This document shows, one piece after another, positions 48,632 to 58,554 of a DNA stretch of 64,000 nt. Positions within the stretch are counted from its first letter, which is position 1. Each line of letters begins with the position of its first letter. The DNA lies in contig JAHRWD010000032.1 in the NCBI GenBank assembly GCA_019090315.1, positions 4,870 through 68,869 of the forward strand, read 5' to 3'. The notes under the pieces were generated by a model that saw nothing but the letters and a program-made list of their open reading frames with translations, did not search any database and was not told where the DNA came from. A program made the position numbers and the translations under genes. Origin of the DNA: Pseudomonadales bacterium (GTDB lineage Bacteria > Pseudomonadota > Gammaproteobacteria > Pseudomonadales > JAHRWD01).

Positions 48632-50017
48632 TCAAATAGTCTTCGAAAAACGCTGTTTGGAAACATGCTGTTTTAAGTAGACATCAAAAACCATACAAAT
48701 ATTGCGAATCAGCAGCTTGCCTCTGGGGCTGACCAAAATTTCCTTTTCGTCCAATGTCAGCAGCCCATCCGTTGCCATACCTTCTAAAACTGGTCGCTCA
48801 TCGGAAAAATACTCCCAAAAATCGATCCCATATTCCTGCTCGATTTCAGCCAGGCATAGCTGAAAATGACAGATCAGGCCGGTAATCACAGCGCGGCGCA
48901 ACTGATCATCATCACTCAATGCGTATCCGCGATAGACCGGCAGCTGCCCCGCATCAATTTTCTCAAAATACTCATCTTCAGTTTTTACATTCTGGCTAAA
49001 GCTATCCCCCAGCATGCTGATAGCACTGATGCCCAGCGCCATCATGTCGCAATGGGAATGGGTCGAATAACCTTGGAAATTCCGATAAAGACCACCTTCG
49101 CGCTGAGCAACCGCTAGCTCATCATCATATTTGGCAAAGTGATCCATGCCGATATAGACATAACCGGATGAGGTCAATTTTTCGATCGACAGCTTCATGA
49201 TCTCCAGCTTTTCCTGTGCCGACGGCAGGTCTTCAACATTGATTCTCCGCTGCGGTTTAAACAGCTCCGGCATATGCGCGTAGTTGTACATCGACAGCCT
49301 GTCCGGCGAAAATTCAATGACTCGATCAAGAGTCATCTCAAAGCTTTTTGGGGTTTGATGGGGCAAACCATAAATCAGATCGATACTGATTGAACGGAAG
49401 TTTTCCCGCCGGGCACCATCGATAGCGCGAGCGGTAATCTCATCGGACTGAAGTCGATTAACCGCAGCCTGTACCTTCGGGTTTACATCCTGCACCCCCA
49501 GGCTCAGCCGATTAAAACCGATCTCCCGCAGGGTTTTCAGGGTCTCATCGGTCACTTCACGGGGATCAAGCTCAATCGAGTATTCGCCGCTATCGTCGTC
49601 GATCATGTTGAAATTTTTGCGCAGCTTGCCCATTAGTTCGCGTAACTGAGCATCACTCTGGAAGGTTGGCGTGCCGCCACCCCAGTGCAGCTGTTCAACC
49701 AGTGGGCGCGAAGGCAGTAGCGCCGATTGCATCTCGATCTCTTTATACAATCGATCAAGATAGGGTGCTGCTCGCTCCCGTCGTTTAGTAACAATTTTGT
49801 TGCAACCACAGAAGTAACAAACGGTATTACAAAACGGCAAATGCACATACAGCGAGATGCGGGAGCTAGCCTGATCTACCTTTTTGGCATACTTTTCATG
49901 CGCCGACTGATCAAAGGATTCGTTAAATTGAACCGCCGTAGGGTAGGAGGTGTAGCGCGGGCCATTCGCGTCGTATCGTTGAATTAACTCAGGGTCAAAC
50001 GTAACTTCATGGGACAT
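48632..50017 (-). CDS. hemN: Oxygen-independent coproporphyrinogen III oxidase
   Basis: GPRYTSYPTA, radical SAM CNTVCYFCGC, WGGGTP, YIGMDHFA and RNFQGY. Confidence 0.97.
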   Translation of the reverse strand: MSHEVTFDPELIQRYDANGPRYTSYPTAVQFNESFDQSAHEKYAKKVDQASSRISLYVHLPFCNTVCYFCGCNKIVTKRRERAAPYLDRLYKEIEMQSALLPSRPLVEQLHWGGGTPTFQSDAQLRELMGKLRKNFNMIDDDSGEYSIELDPREVTDETLKTLREIGFNRLSLGVQDVNPKVQAAVNRLQSDEITARAIDGARRENFRSISIDLIYGLPHQTPKSFEMTLDRVIEFSPDRLSMYNYAHMPELFKPQRRINVEDLPSAQEKLEIMKLSIEKLTSSGYVYIGMDHFAKYDDELAVAQREGGLYRNFQGYSTHSHCDMMALGISAISMLGDSFSQNVKTEDEYFEKIDAGQLPVYRGYALSDDDQLRRAVITGLICHFQLCLAEIEQEYGIDFWEYFSDERPVLEGMATDGLLTLDEKEILVSPRGKLLIRNICMVFDVYLKQHVSKQRFSKTI

Positions 50018-50193
50018 GGGTGTACTCTAAATTGCATCACAAACGGTAACTGGAAGGAGTCGAGGAAAGAAGCCAAAGAAAACTCCGCCTCAAGCATCGG
50101 CACCCAACGGGGAGCCGATAATACCCGCTTGTCAGTGAATATTGGAACTTGTTAAAGTGGCGGGATTCTATAATAGACAACGCAACTGGATAT

Positions 50194-51255
50194 ATGACCA
50201 TGGTCAAAGAATTTACGAAAACCGTCGGCATCATTGCCAACCCGATGTCAGGCCGGGACGGTAGACGACTTGCCGCCCGTGCCAGCTCGGTACCGCACGA
50301 AAGCAAACGACTGCAAATTACCCGTGCCGTGGTCGGTGCTATTGCTGCGGGGGCAGACCATATTGTGGTGGTGAATGAACCACGCCGTATCTCCACCGGC
50401 GCCGTTGAAAACCTCACACTGGATGCACACTTCACCTATCTGGATGTCAAAATCACCCACAATGCCGCCGAAACCGTTGATGCGGTTGAGCAGATGAAAG
50501 CGCTCGATTGCAAAGCATTAATCGTACTGGGTGGTGACGGAACCAACCGAATTGTCGCGAAAGCATGGCCGGATGCGCCGATCGTGCCGATATCTACTGG
50601 AACTAATAATGTATTCCCGCTGATGGTTGAAGCCACATTAGGCGGTATGGCTGCCGGATTAGTCGCCTCCGGAAAACTTCCGTTAGAAGATGCAGGCCGA
50701 CCAGCCAAGGTTGTACGAGTGAAAGTTGAAGGTCAGCCCGATGATGTTGCGTTGATCGATGCGGTATTCCTGATCAACGATATCATCGGCAACGCCATGC
50801 CCTATGAATCCGACTCGATCCGGCACATTATTTTAGCCCGCGCCGAGCCCGCATCCGTTGGCATATCCCCGGTCGGCGGCCTATTGTGCCCATCCCATGC
50901 GGAAGATGAATTTGGCGTAGAAGTACAGTGTTGCGATCATGGCGAAGGCGGAACACATCTGCTTGCCCCTATATCCCCCGGCCTGTTTCGAAGCCTGCAT
51001 ATTAAAAGCGCAGAAAAGATTGATCTAGGCAAAGCAGTAGAAATTACTGGCCCGGGCATTCTGGCGTTTGACGGTGACCGTGAACGCCTGCTGGAAGCCG
51101 GGCAAAAAGCCTATGTAAGCGTTGAGCGTAACGGCCCTATTGTTATTGATGTGCATAAGAGCCTGCGGCTGGCTGCGGAACGGGGCCTGTTTACCGGCCA
51201 TAACCATTGGCTTGACAACTACGATGGTGCACTTGCGGGAGTGGGCTGCTGCTAA
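50194..51255 (+). CDS. AcoX-like / ATP-NAD kinase family protein
   Basis: VGIIANPMSGRD.RRL, VLGGDGT, ISTGTNNVFP and AFDGDRE, as in acetoin catabolism protein X. Start is ATG 50194 or 50200. Confidence 0.8.
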   Translation: MTMVKEFTKTVGIIANPMSGRDGRRLAARASSVPHESKRLQITRAVVGAIAAGADHIVVVNEPRRISTGAVENLTLDAHFTYLDVKITHNAAETVDAVEQMKALDCKALIVLGGDGTNRIVAKAWPDAPIVPISTGTNNVFPLMVEATLGGMAAGLVASGKLPLEDAGRPAKVVRVKVEGQPDDVALIDAVFLINDIIGNAMPYESDSIRHIILARAEPASVGISPVGGLLCPSHAEDEFGVEVQCCDHGEGGTHLLAPISPGLFRSLHIKSAEKIDLGKAVEITGPGILAFDGDRERLLEAGQKAYVSVERNGPIVIDVHKSLRLAAERGLFTGHNHWLDNYDGALAGVGCC

Positions 51256-51269
51256 ACCCCAGCGATGGC

Positions 51270-51758
51270 GTGAATACCCCAACCATCATAGATGTAGAAG
51301 CCTCTGGCCTTGGTGTCGGGAGCTATCCCATCGAAGTTGGTTTTGTCCTACCCGATGGATCGCCAAACTGCTTTTTGATCGCCCCCCTCGAAGAGTGGGT
51401 TCACTGGGACCCGGGCGCTGAAAAAATCCATGGAATCCAACGGCAAACGATAGTGAGCCACGGCAGACCCATCCAGGAAATAGCGCAACTACTTAATGAG
51501 CAGCTTACGGATACCATCGTTTACACCGACGCATGGGGCAATGACAGCAGCTGGCTTGGGCTGATTTTTCATAGTGCCGGCATTGCCCAGCAGTTTCGAC
51601 TCGAATCAATTCGTGCCATCCTCAATCAACAACAAATTGAGAGATGGCATGAAACAAGAAATGAAGTCCAATTAGAGCTAGGGCTTGAACGCCATCGAGC
51701 CAGCGCCGATGCGCGGATTTTACAGCAGACCTTCCTGAGGACGCTGGAAAACCGCTAG
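51270..51758 (+). CDS. DEDDh (DnaQ-like) 3'-5' exonuclease family protein
   Basis: IIDVEASG..SYPIEVG, YTDA..D and HRASADA. Confidence 0.8.
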   Translation: MNTPTIIDVEASGLGVGSYPIEVGFVLPDGSPNCFLIAPLEEWVHWDPGAEKIHGIQRQTIVSHGRPIQEIAQLLNEQLTDTIVYTDAWGNDSSWLGLIFHSAGIAQQFRLESIRAILNQQQIERWHETRNEVQLELGLERHRASADARILQQTFLRTLENR

Positions 51759-51907
51759 GCGTACCGAATCAGCCACCGTTTTGAACTCTTTAGCGATCAG
51801 CAGCAACCGTTCAATCATGTCAGCTGAAACCAGCAGGATGGCAACTAACCCGATTAACCGTTAGAGTAGCCTGTTGCATAAAACATTCAAACACCTCGGA
51901 AATTTTA

Positions 51908-53116
51908 ATGAGCAGTGAAACAGAGCAAGTTGTTGTTGAACAAGAATCCGCTGAAGTAAAAGTACGATTCACAGAATTCACTCTCCCGGCCGCCCTGCAA
52001 AGCGCAATCCAGAAAACCGGCTTTGAGTACTGCACACCGATCCAGGCCGCTTCACTACCCCACACGCTAGATGGCCATGACCTGCTCGGTAAAGCCCAAA
52101 CCGGCACCGGAAAAACAGCCGCCTTTCTGGTTACCATCATTGCCGGACTGCTCGATAATCCAATCGAAGAGCATTATGCCGGTGAAACACGCTCCCTGAT
52201 TCTGGCACCCACCCGCGAACTGGCCATGCAGATTGCCAAGGATGCGGAACAGCTTTCCAGAGGCACCGGCTTAACCGTGTTAACTCTGGTTGGCGGCGTG
52301 GATTATGAGAAACAGCAATCGATGCTTGAGCGAGCATCCATCGATATTCTGGTCGCAACACCGGGCCGACTTCAGGATTTTCTTGGCAAACGTAAAGTTT
52401 ATCTGGATCAGCTAGAAGTACTGGTGATCGATGAAGCGGATCGTATGCTCGATATGGGTTTCATCCCCCAGGTACGACGAATCCTTCAGGCATCCACCAA
52501 AAAAGGCTATCGCCAAACCCTGCTATTCAGCGCTACATTTAGCCAAGATGTAATGCAACTGGTGGAACAGTGGACCAGTGACCCGGTAAAAATCGAAATC
52601 GAGCCCGATTCCATCGCCGCAGATAACATCGACCAACGGGTTTATCTGGTCACCAAACATGACAAATTCCCACTGCTGTGCAACCTGATCAAGAAGAATG
52701 AAGGCGAACGTATCATTGTATTCGCCAACCGTAGAGATACGGTTCGCACCCTGGAAGCAAAACTCAAGAAAAAGGGACTCTCCTGCGGCATGCTCAGCGG
52801 CGAAGTTCAGCAGAGCAAACGGGTAAAGGTTTTAGAGGCATTCCGCAGCGGTAATATCCAGGTATTGGTAGCCACCGATGTTGCAGGCCGCGGCATTCAT
52901 ATCGACGACATCTCCTATGTCGTTAACTACACACTACCGGAAGATCCGGAAGACTATATCCACCGAATCGGCCGAACTGGCCGAGCCGGAAGCAACGGCT
53001 CCTCGATCAGCTTTGCCTGTGAAGATGATTCATTCCTGTTGCCAGAAATCGAGCAACTGCTGGGAGATAAACTGGAGTGTGAACATCCGCCGGCTGAGTT
53101 GTTGAGCAATTCCTAA
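51908..53116 (+). CDS. rhlB: DEAD-box RNA helicase, RhlB-like
   Basis: [37 protein letters not shown] and [10 protein letters not shown]; C-terminal FACEDD. Confidence 0.88.
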   Translation: MSSETEQVVVEQESAEVKVRFTEFTLPAALQSAIQKTGFEYCTPIQAASLPHTLDGHDLLGKAQTGTGKTAAFLVTIIAGLLDNPIEEHYAGETRSLILAPTRELAMQIAKDAEQLSRGTGLTVLTLVGGVDYEKQQSMLERASIDILVATPGRLQDFLGKRKVYLDQLEVLVIDEADRMLDMGFIPQVRRILQASTKKGYRQTLLFSATFSQDVMQLVEQWTSDPVKIEIEPDSIAADNIDQRVYLVTKHDKFPLLCNLIKKNEGERIIVFANRRDTVRTLEAKLKKKGLSCGMLSGEVQQSKRVKVLEAFRSGNIQVLVATDVAGRGIHIDDISYVVNYTLPEDPEDYIHRIGRTGRAGSNGSSISFACEDDSFLLPEIEQLLGDKLECEHPPAELLSNS

Positions 53117-53222
53117 CTCTACATCTCATTCAGTATCAATGCTTGCCTAACGGAAAGTTATCATGCAAGTCGGAGCAAGTAAGACGAAGGAAGGACTAGA
53201 ATAGCTAAAGATAGGGCAAGCA

Positions 53223-53489
53223 ATGAATGACGAAATGGTAGCAGGCGCAATGGACGTCACTTTAGGTGGCCTGAACATGGAGGCTACGGGTGTGGTCGAT
53301 CGCGCTGCAGAGGCGTTACGCGCAAGCTCAGAAATACCCGAAGATGCAAAAGAAGCGGTTGAGAGCTTCGTTACTGGAAAAATTAATCAACTGCTCAAAT
53401 GTAGCTCCGATTTGTTAGAATTCCCTATTCCAGAATGGTTAATCGATATATGGCCTACGGTTGTAGAGATCTTACTAAAGGTGTTCTAA
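53223..53489 (+). CDS. Small acidic hypothetical protein
   Basis: 88-aa ORF filling the gap after rhlB; purine-rich upstream region; no recognised motif. Confidence 0.5.
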   Translation: MNDEMVAGAMDVTLGGLNMEATGVVDRAAEALRASSEIPEDAKEAVESFVTGKINQLLKCSSDLLEFPIPEWLIDIWPTVVEILLKVF

Positions 53490-53584
53490 ATAGATATAGA
53501 TAGCTAATAATCAGGGTCAGAGCACCATTTCCGCTGCTTCGAACACGTCTCACCTACTGCCCATCATCCTATGAACTGTCTCGA

Positions 53585-53857
53585 TTACAGCCGCCGACTC
53601 TGCTTAACGTCATCGGAAAGCCAAACCTTTATCAGGGATTGATAAGGCATATCTCGTTTGTTTGCTTCTATTTTTATACTATTTAATAAACTCTCTGGCA
53701 ACCTCAGCGAAATCGTTTTGGTTGAGGGCTTTAAGTTTGCCAAAGAAACGGGTTTTGCATCTGCCCAATCTAGATATTCAGAGGAATCATGCATTTCCCA
53801 GTAAGCACGCTCTTCGGTTTCATTTTTAAATTCAGGTATTTTCTTTGTTTTGCTCAT
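53585..53857 (-). CDS. brnA: BrnA/CopG-type antitoxin
   Basis: IPEFKNETEERAYW..HDS, TKTISLRLP and MPYQSLIK (RHH domain); GAGG RBS before ATG 53857; overlaps the toxin gene. Confidence 0.88.
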   Translation of the reverse strand: MSKTKKIPEFKNETEERAYWEMHDSSEYLDWADAKPVSLANLKPSTKTISLRLPESLLNSIKIEANKRDMPYQSLIKVWLSDDVKQSRRL

Positions 53858-54143
53858 AAGCCAACCTCTCTTTACGGTGCATATCACGGGCTGAAATCAC
53901 ACGAATTAAGGTGTTCTCAAAACGCAGGGTAAGAGTTATGTGCAGTAAGCGAGCATCGTCAGTTGTACCCAGTGCATGATATCGAGGCTCAATCTGACTA
54001 TGCTTGTGATCAGCCAGTATCAACAACGGCTGATTAAAAAACAGCTGCTCAGCTTCAGCCTGACTAACCCCATGTTTATCCGCGCTTTTGCGCTCGTTCC
54101 CCGCATCCCATTCAAACCCGCTTACCTGCGCCCAATCAATCAT
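53832..54143 (-). CDS. brnT: BrnT family ribonuclease toxin
   Basis: FEWDAGN..KHGVS..EAE, HSQIEPRY and IRVISARDM..KER..YE. Confidence 0.92.
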   Translation of the reverse strand: MIDWAQVSGFEWDAGNERKSADKHGVSQAEAEQLFFNQPLLILADHKHSQIEPRYHALGTTDDARLLHITLTLRFENTLIRVISARDMHRKERLAYEQNKENT

Positions 54144-54177
54144 ATTTGTATATTATCATCATATACAAATAGCGCAA
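54143..54177 (-). promoter_or_regulatory. brnTA promoter with overlapping palindromic operator
   Basis: Perfect 11-bp IR TATTTGTATAT-N7-ATATACAAATA (54143-54171); minus strand TTGCGC-N16-TAATAT with TG extension, ending 6 nt before the ATG. Confidence 0.7.
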
Positions 54178-54186
54178 GTTTCCGCA

Positions 54187-54933
54187 CTACTCGTTACCCA
54201 CCAATTCCTTTAACTCTTCCATCCAAAACAGTGTCGCGCCTATTACCGCCGCTGGAATCACCACCAAATTAACGATTGGAATCATGGTGAACAGTAACGT
54301 AATTGAACCAAACCCAAACGAGCAAAGCCGCTTCTTTCCAAGCAAAGCACGAAGTTCCGGTACGCTGATATTGTGGTTGTCGGTGGGGTAGTCACAGTAT
54401 TGAATGGCTAAAAACCAGGCGCTGAACAGATACCAAGCAGGAATAGCGAACAGGTTGATGCCGGGGATCAAGGTTAGCACCAGCAGTACCAGTGCTCGCG
54501 GTAGAAAGTAGAGCAGCTTTGATGCTTCGCGGCTCAAGCTGTGGGGTACTAGTGCGAGAATTCCGGTTATACCGAGCGAGCTATTAGTTGCAGGCGGCAG
54601 GAATTGCGTTTCAGTTTTTTCCGATAACAGGCCGTTGAAGGGTGATGCTATGAGGTTGGCGACGATGCTGAAGGTGTAAAACACGAAGATCATCATGGTC
54701 AGAAACAGCAGCGGCCACATCACCCAGCTGAGGAAGCTTAGCCAATCTGGAATCCAGCTGAGCCCGTAGGCAACCGCCTGATCAATCCAGCCAAAACCCT
54801 GCCAGATCAATAGACTAAACAGCACTACGTTAAGCGTAAGCGGCACTACTATAAACCGGCGCAAACCCGGCTGACTGAGCATTTTGAAACCCTTAAACAG
54901 ATAACCTGCGCCTGTTACAAAACCACCAGCCAT
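54187..54933 (-). CDS. cysZ: CysZ/EI24 family protein
   Basis: GLRRFIVVPL, ANLIASPFNGLLSEK, QYCDYP and PAAVIGAT. Confidence 0.93.
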   Translation of the reverse strand: MAGGFVTGAGYLFKGFKMLSQPGLRRFIVVPLTLNVVLFSLLIWQGFGWIDQAVAYGLSWIPDWLSFLSWVMWPLLFLTMMIFVFYTFSIVANLIASPFNGLLSEKTETQFLPPATNSSLGITGILALVPHSLSREASKLLYFLPRALVLLVLTLIPGINLFAIPAWYLFSAWFLAIQYCDYPTDNHNISVPELRALLGKKRLCSFGFGSITLLFTMIPIVNLVVIPAAVIGATLFWMEELKELVGNE

Positions 54934-54985
54934 TCGATCTCCTTTAAACCTGCTATAAAAACACTGCCTATTTCACCAGGCTAGG

Positions 54986-56011
54986 CTATCGAATAAATTC
55001 CCAGGAACCCTGTTCATTGGCAAAACGTTTGAGCTTGCCCTGGTACATCATCATATGTATGTGCGCCACGGCTTCACCGAGGGCCATCAAAATATCGAAA
55101 TCATTAAGCTCCCGATGGGCAAACATAATTTCGGTGATCTCCATTGCGGATTTACTCTCTTCGCAATTGTCGACGATTAACTGGCAACGCTGGTCGTGAT
55201 GCTCTTTGAGTTCATCCAGCCGCGTATGCAGGTTGTAGTAGGGCATTTCATGGGATGGCAGTATTAGAACCGTGTCTGGCACATCGTAAAATTGCTCCAA
55301 TGAATCAACGAACTGCTGCAGTGGATTGCCGTTAGGCTCTTCCATTGAAACGCTGATGGCGGGGGTGATTTTTGGCAGTAGCATATCGCCACCGATAATC
55401 ACGTCTAACTCTTTGCAGTAGTAACTAGCGTGCTCTGGCGAGTGTCCGTGGCCGATCAATACAGTCCAGATTCTTCCGTTAATTTTGATTTTGGAGTCAC
55501 CGGTCACACGTCGGTAGGTGATGGGGAAGTTACCGTTCATGTTTTTGAAGTAGTTACCGATGCGTCTCATCCGCTTCATCGCATCAGCGGGAATGCCGAG
55601 GCGATCATAGTGTGCGCTCATCAGTTTGGCGGAGGTCTCGGGATCAGCCAATACGCCCATCCGCGCCTGCTGCCACTCCGCTTGAGGAATCCACAGCTCA
55701 ATATCCCAGTATTCGGTTAGCCAACCTGCCATGCCAATGTGATCTGGATGGCAGTGGGTAGCGATGACCCGAGAAACCGGCTTGCCGCCAAGGTATTTTT
55801 CGAAAATTTGTTTCCACAGCATCTCTGTTTCATCGTTGCAAACCCCGGTATCCACTATCACCCAGGAATCATCATCTTCCAGTAACCACAGGTTAATAAA
55901 CTTGAGACTAAAGGGCAGCGGCATTCTGAGCCAATACACACCGTCGGCAACTTGTTTAATTTCGCCGCCTTCCGGGGCTGTCGAAAAAGGAAATTTGAGG
56001 TTTGCAGTCAT
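54986..56011 (-). CDS. MBL-fold metallo-hydrolase
   Basis: WLRMPLPF.L..IN, VDTG, THCHPDH, GHSPEH, GD.LLP.ITP and PSH; start placed at ATG 56011. Confidence 0.9.
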   Translation of the reverse strand: MTANLKFPFSTAPEGGEIKQVADGVYWLRMPLPFSLKFINLWLLEDDDSWVIVDTGVCNDETEMLWKQIFEKYLGGKPVSRVIATHCHPDHIGMAGWLTEYWDIELWIPQAEWQQARMGVLADPETSAKLMSAHYDRLGIPADAMKRMRRIGNYFKNMNGNFPITYRRVTGDSKIKINGRIWTVLIGHGHSPEHASYYCKELDVIIGGDMLLPKITPAISVSMEEPNGNPLQQFVDSLEQFYDVPDTVLILPSHEMPYYNLHTRLDELKEHHDQRCQLIVDNCEESKSAMEITEIMFAHRELNDFDILMALGEAVAHIHMMMYQGKLKRFANEQGSWEFIR

Positions 56012-56189
56012 GTTTATTTTTCTTATTGGATGAATGATCCGGCTAGTATAACAGCCAGCGAAATTAGTGGTGCAGCTGCACGGATGGTATAAATGGTTAA
56101 AATCCACTAAAATCCCGTCGCTAGCTCGTCAGGGCCGATACGCCAGGCCATTCATCCGACTCAATCGACAGGCATTAAAGTAACCGCCC

Positions 56190-57179
56190 GTGCAACAAAC
56201 CTCTCCAGACACATTACAAAAGAAAATATACGACGTAGCCGCCGACGAGTTCGAAGCGCTTAATCGTTGTATCGTTGCGGAACTACAATCCGATGTAGGT
56301 ATGGTGGATGAAATTGTTCAATATATTGTTAAAGCAGGCGGTAAGCAGCTTCGCCCGCTGCTGGTGCTATTGTCCGCTAATTGCTGTGGCTATCAGGGTG
56401 ATGCCCATATCAAATTAGCGGCGGTCATCGAGTTTCTGCATACCGCCACCCTGTTGCATGATGATGTGGTGGATGTATCCGATATGCGTCGTGGCCGTGA
56501 AACCGCCAACGCGCGCTGGGGTAACGCCCCTGCCGTTCTGGTTGGGGATTTCATGTACACCCGATCCTTTCAGCTAGTGGTACAACTGGGCAATCTCCGA
56601 GTTATGGAGATCCTTGGCCAGGCATCCAACCTGCTGGCGGAAGGCGAGGTGATGCAACTTGCCAGAGCCAGAGATATCTCCACTACTGAAGAGCAGTATT
56701 TCGAAGTTATTCGCCGAAAAACCGGTGCGCTTTTCGAAGCCTCATCCCAAACCGCTGCGGTGCTGGCGGGCGCAACACCCGACCAGGAAAAAGCTCTGAG
56801 AGCATTCGGCGGCTATTTGGGTGCTGCCTATCAGCTAGCTGATGATGTGCTGGACTATGACGGTGATGATGAGCAGATGGGCAAATCACTAGGAGAGGAT
56901 CTGGCAGAAGGCAAGCCCACTTTGCCGCTCATTTACACCATGAAAATGGGTAGTCAGGATGATGTCAAGCTGGTTGAGAATGCGATAAGGGATGGCAATT
57001 ACAAAGACCTTCAACAGATCGTTGAAGCCGCTAACCGTTCCGGCGGACTGGATTACACCCGCAAAAAAGCGATTGAACAAAGTACTCGTGCAATCGAGTG
57101 CCTGAAGTTATTCGCAGATTCCCCATACAAAACGGCCATGAAAGACCTTGCAGAATTTTCGGTTTCTCGCGTTTATTAA
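56190..57179 (+). CDS. ispB: Octaprenyl-diphosphate synthase
   Basis: GGKQLRP, HTATLLHDDVVD..RRG, QLADDVLD and DLAEGKPTLP. Confidence 0.92.
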   Translation: MQQTSPDTLQKKIYDVAADEFEALNRCIVAELQSDVGMVDEIVQYIVKAGGKQLRPLLVLLSANCCGYQGDAHIKLAAVIEFLHTATLLHDDVVDVSDMRRGRETANARWGNAPAVLVGDFMYTRSFQLVVQLGNLRVMEILGQASNLLAEGEVMQLARARDISTTEEQYFEVIRRKTGALFEASSQTAAVLAGATPDQEKALRAFGGYLGAAYQLADDVLDYDGDDEQMGKSLGEDLAEGKPTLPLIYTMKMGSQDDVKLVENAIRDGNYKDLQQIVEAANRSGGLDYTRKKAIEQSTRAIECLKLFADSPYKTAMKDLAEFSVSRVY

Positions 57180-57211
57180 ATCTGGCAGTTCCTAAAAGAA
57201 AATTGAAGAAG

Positions 57212-57823
57212 CTATGCCAATAGCTGCTTCATCCCCGCAATAAAATCCTTCTTGCCACCATAGGAGGGATGCCGAATATAACGAACCTCTCTATCAGGAA
57301 AAATACGTTCAAGTGATTGAGCACCCTTTCGACCAATCCCGGCAATCTGTTGGGGTGAAAACAGTTCTACTAACTCTTCTAAATAACTTTCGCCCTCTGC
57401 CATCTCTTTCTGATTCGGTGCACGGTTTTTATTTTGTATGTGTTTTGGGTGGGGGTGAAACGGAAAGGCATTCCAGAACAGTGGATAGTGATCTTGATCA
57501 GTCAGTGTTTGCCAAACCAGTGACGCGCTATTTTCAGATTCAATATCCGTTAGATAGATATCGCTTTCGATCTGTTCAAATATTCGATGCTGTTTGGCGC
57601 GAATTAATGCACCTGAACTGAAAGGAATGCCGGTTATCCGGCAGCCTTTATAACCTGGCGCTTCGCCAACCAACAATATTCTATCGCCTTGCTGGCGAGC
57701 CATAAACTCTAAATAGACTCGCAGATTTCCCGCTATTTTTTTACTCCGATAAGGGTTAGATACCGTTGGGCTAGTACGCCTCTTTGACAAACGTTCAACA
57801 AATCTATTTATATCACTCTTCAT
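57212..57823 (-). CDS. Uracil-DNA glycosylase superfamily protein (SMUG1-like group)
   Basis: LVGEAPGYKGCRITGIPFSS, WNAFPFHPH, NRAP and RHPSYGG. Confidence 0.83.
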   Translation of the reverse strand: MKSDINRFVERLSKRRTSPTVSNPYRSKKIAGNLRVYLEFMARQQGDRILLVGEAPGYKGCRITGIPFSSGALIRAKQHRIFEQIESDIYLTDIESENSASLVWQTLTDQDHYPLFWNAFPFHPHPKHIQNKNRAPNQKEMAEGESYLEELVELFSPQQIAGIGRKGAQSLERIFPDREVRYIRHPSYGGKKDFIAGMKQLLA

Positions 57824-57859
57824 AGGATGAATTTATAAAAGCAAAATGGAAACCCATTT

Positions 57860-58537
57860 TTATGGCAACCAAAGAGAGAACATGCCACCGCTTTCATTAT
57901 TTTCAAGCTGTATGTAGCCACGTCTATTATTGTTCGTATGCTCCGCAGTTATTCGTGATGCGAAGAATAAACCCAGTTTTGTGCTGCCGGTAGAAAAATT
58001 CAATCCATTTTTTAAAGCATCCGGATCCTGCAACATTTTATCCGGGTATCCATTGCCATCATCAATCACGGATACCTTCAGGAATCCATCAATTTTTTCC
58101 GCTCGCATCAAGATTGATTTATTCGCATATTTTGCCGCGTTAGTGAGCACGTTGCAGATAACATCAGAAATTAGTTGCTCATCAAAAACCCAGCTGATCG
58201 AATCATCGCATTCAATCGTGACATCAATATTATTTGCATCAAAAATAATTTTATTATCCGTCAGTTGATCCTGCAAAAGATCAAATACGAAACATTCCTG
58301 ATAATCCAGGGAAAGCTGATCCTGATCCAGCCGATATACACCTAGCAAATTTACCAGATCACTATTTATTCGAGTAGCTTCAGCATGCAACAAAGCAAGC
58401 TGTGGTTTTGGATTATTATCCCCAGAAAAATCCGATTGATCCAATTTCTCTACCGTTGATATCAACATACCGATAGAGTTTTTCATATCATGTACTGCCG
58501 ATGCCAGTAGCAGTGAAAAATCAACGTTTGAAGTCAT
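57860..58537 (-). CDS. Sensor-less histidine kinase (DHp + CA only)
   Basis: H-box AVHDMKNS near the N-terminus, N-box NVLTNAAKY, G1 DDGNG and G2 GSTKLGL. Confidence 0.85.
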   Translation of the reverse strand: MTSNVDFSLLLASAVHDMKNSIGMLISTVEKLDQSDFSGDNNPKPQLALLHAEATRINSDLVNLLGVYRLDQDQLSLDYQECFVFDLLQDQLTDNKIIFDANNIDVTIECDDSISWVFDEQLISDVICNVLTNAAKYANKSILMRAEKIDGFLKVSVIDDGNGYPDKMLQDPDALKNGLNFSTGSTKLGLFFASRITAEHTNNNRRGYIQLENNESGGMFSLWLP

Positions 58538-58554
58538 ATGTAAAAGCTAGCTCA

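Noticed and set aside
51842-51853. 12-mer CAACTAACCCGA also present at 35880-35891
   Set aside because: Isolated 12-bp matches are expected by chance in 64 kb, and there is no shared flanking similarity.
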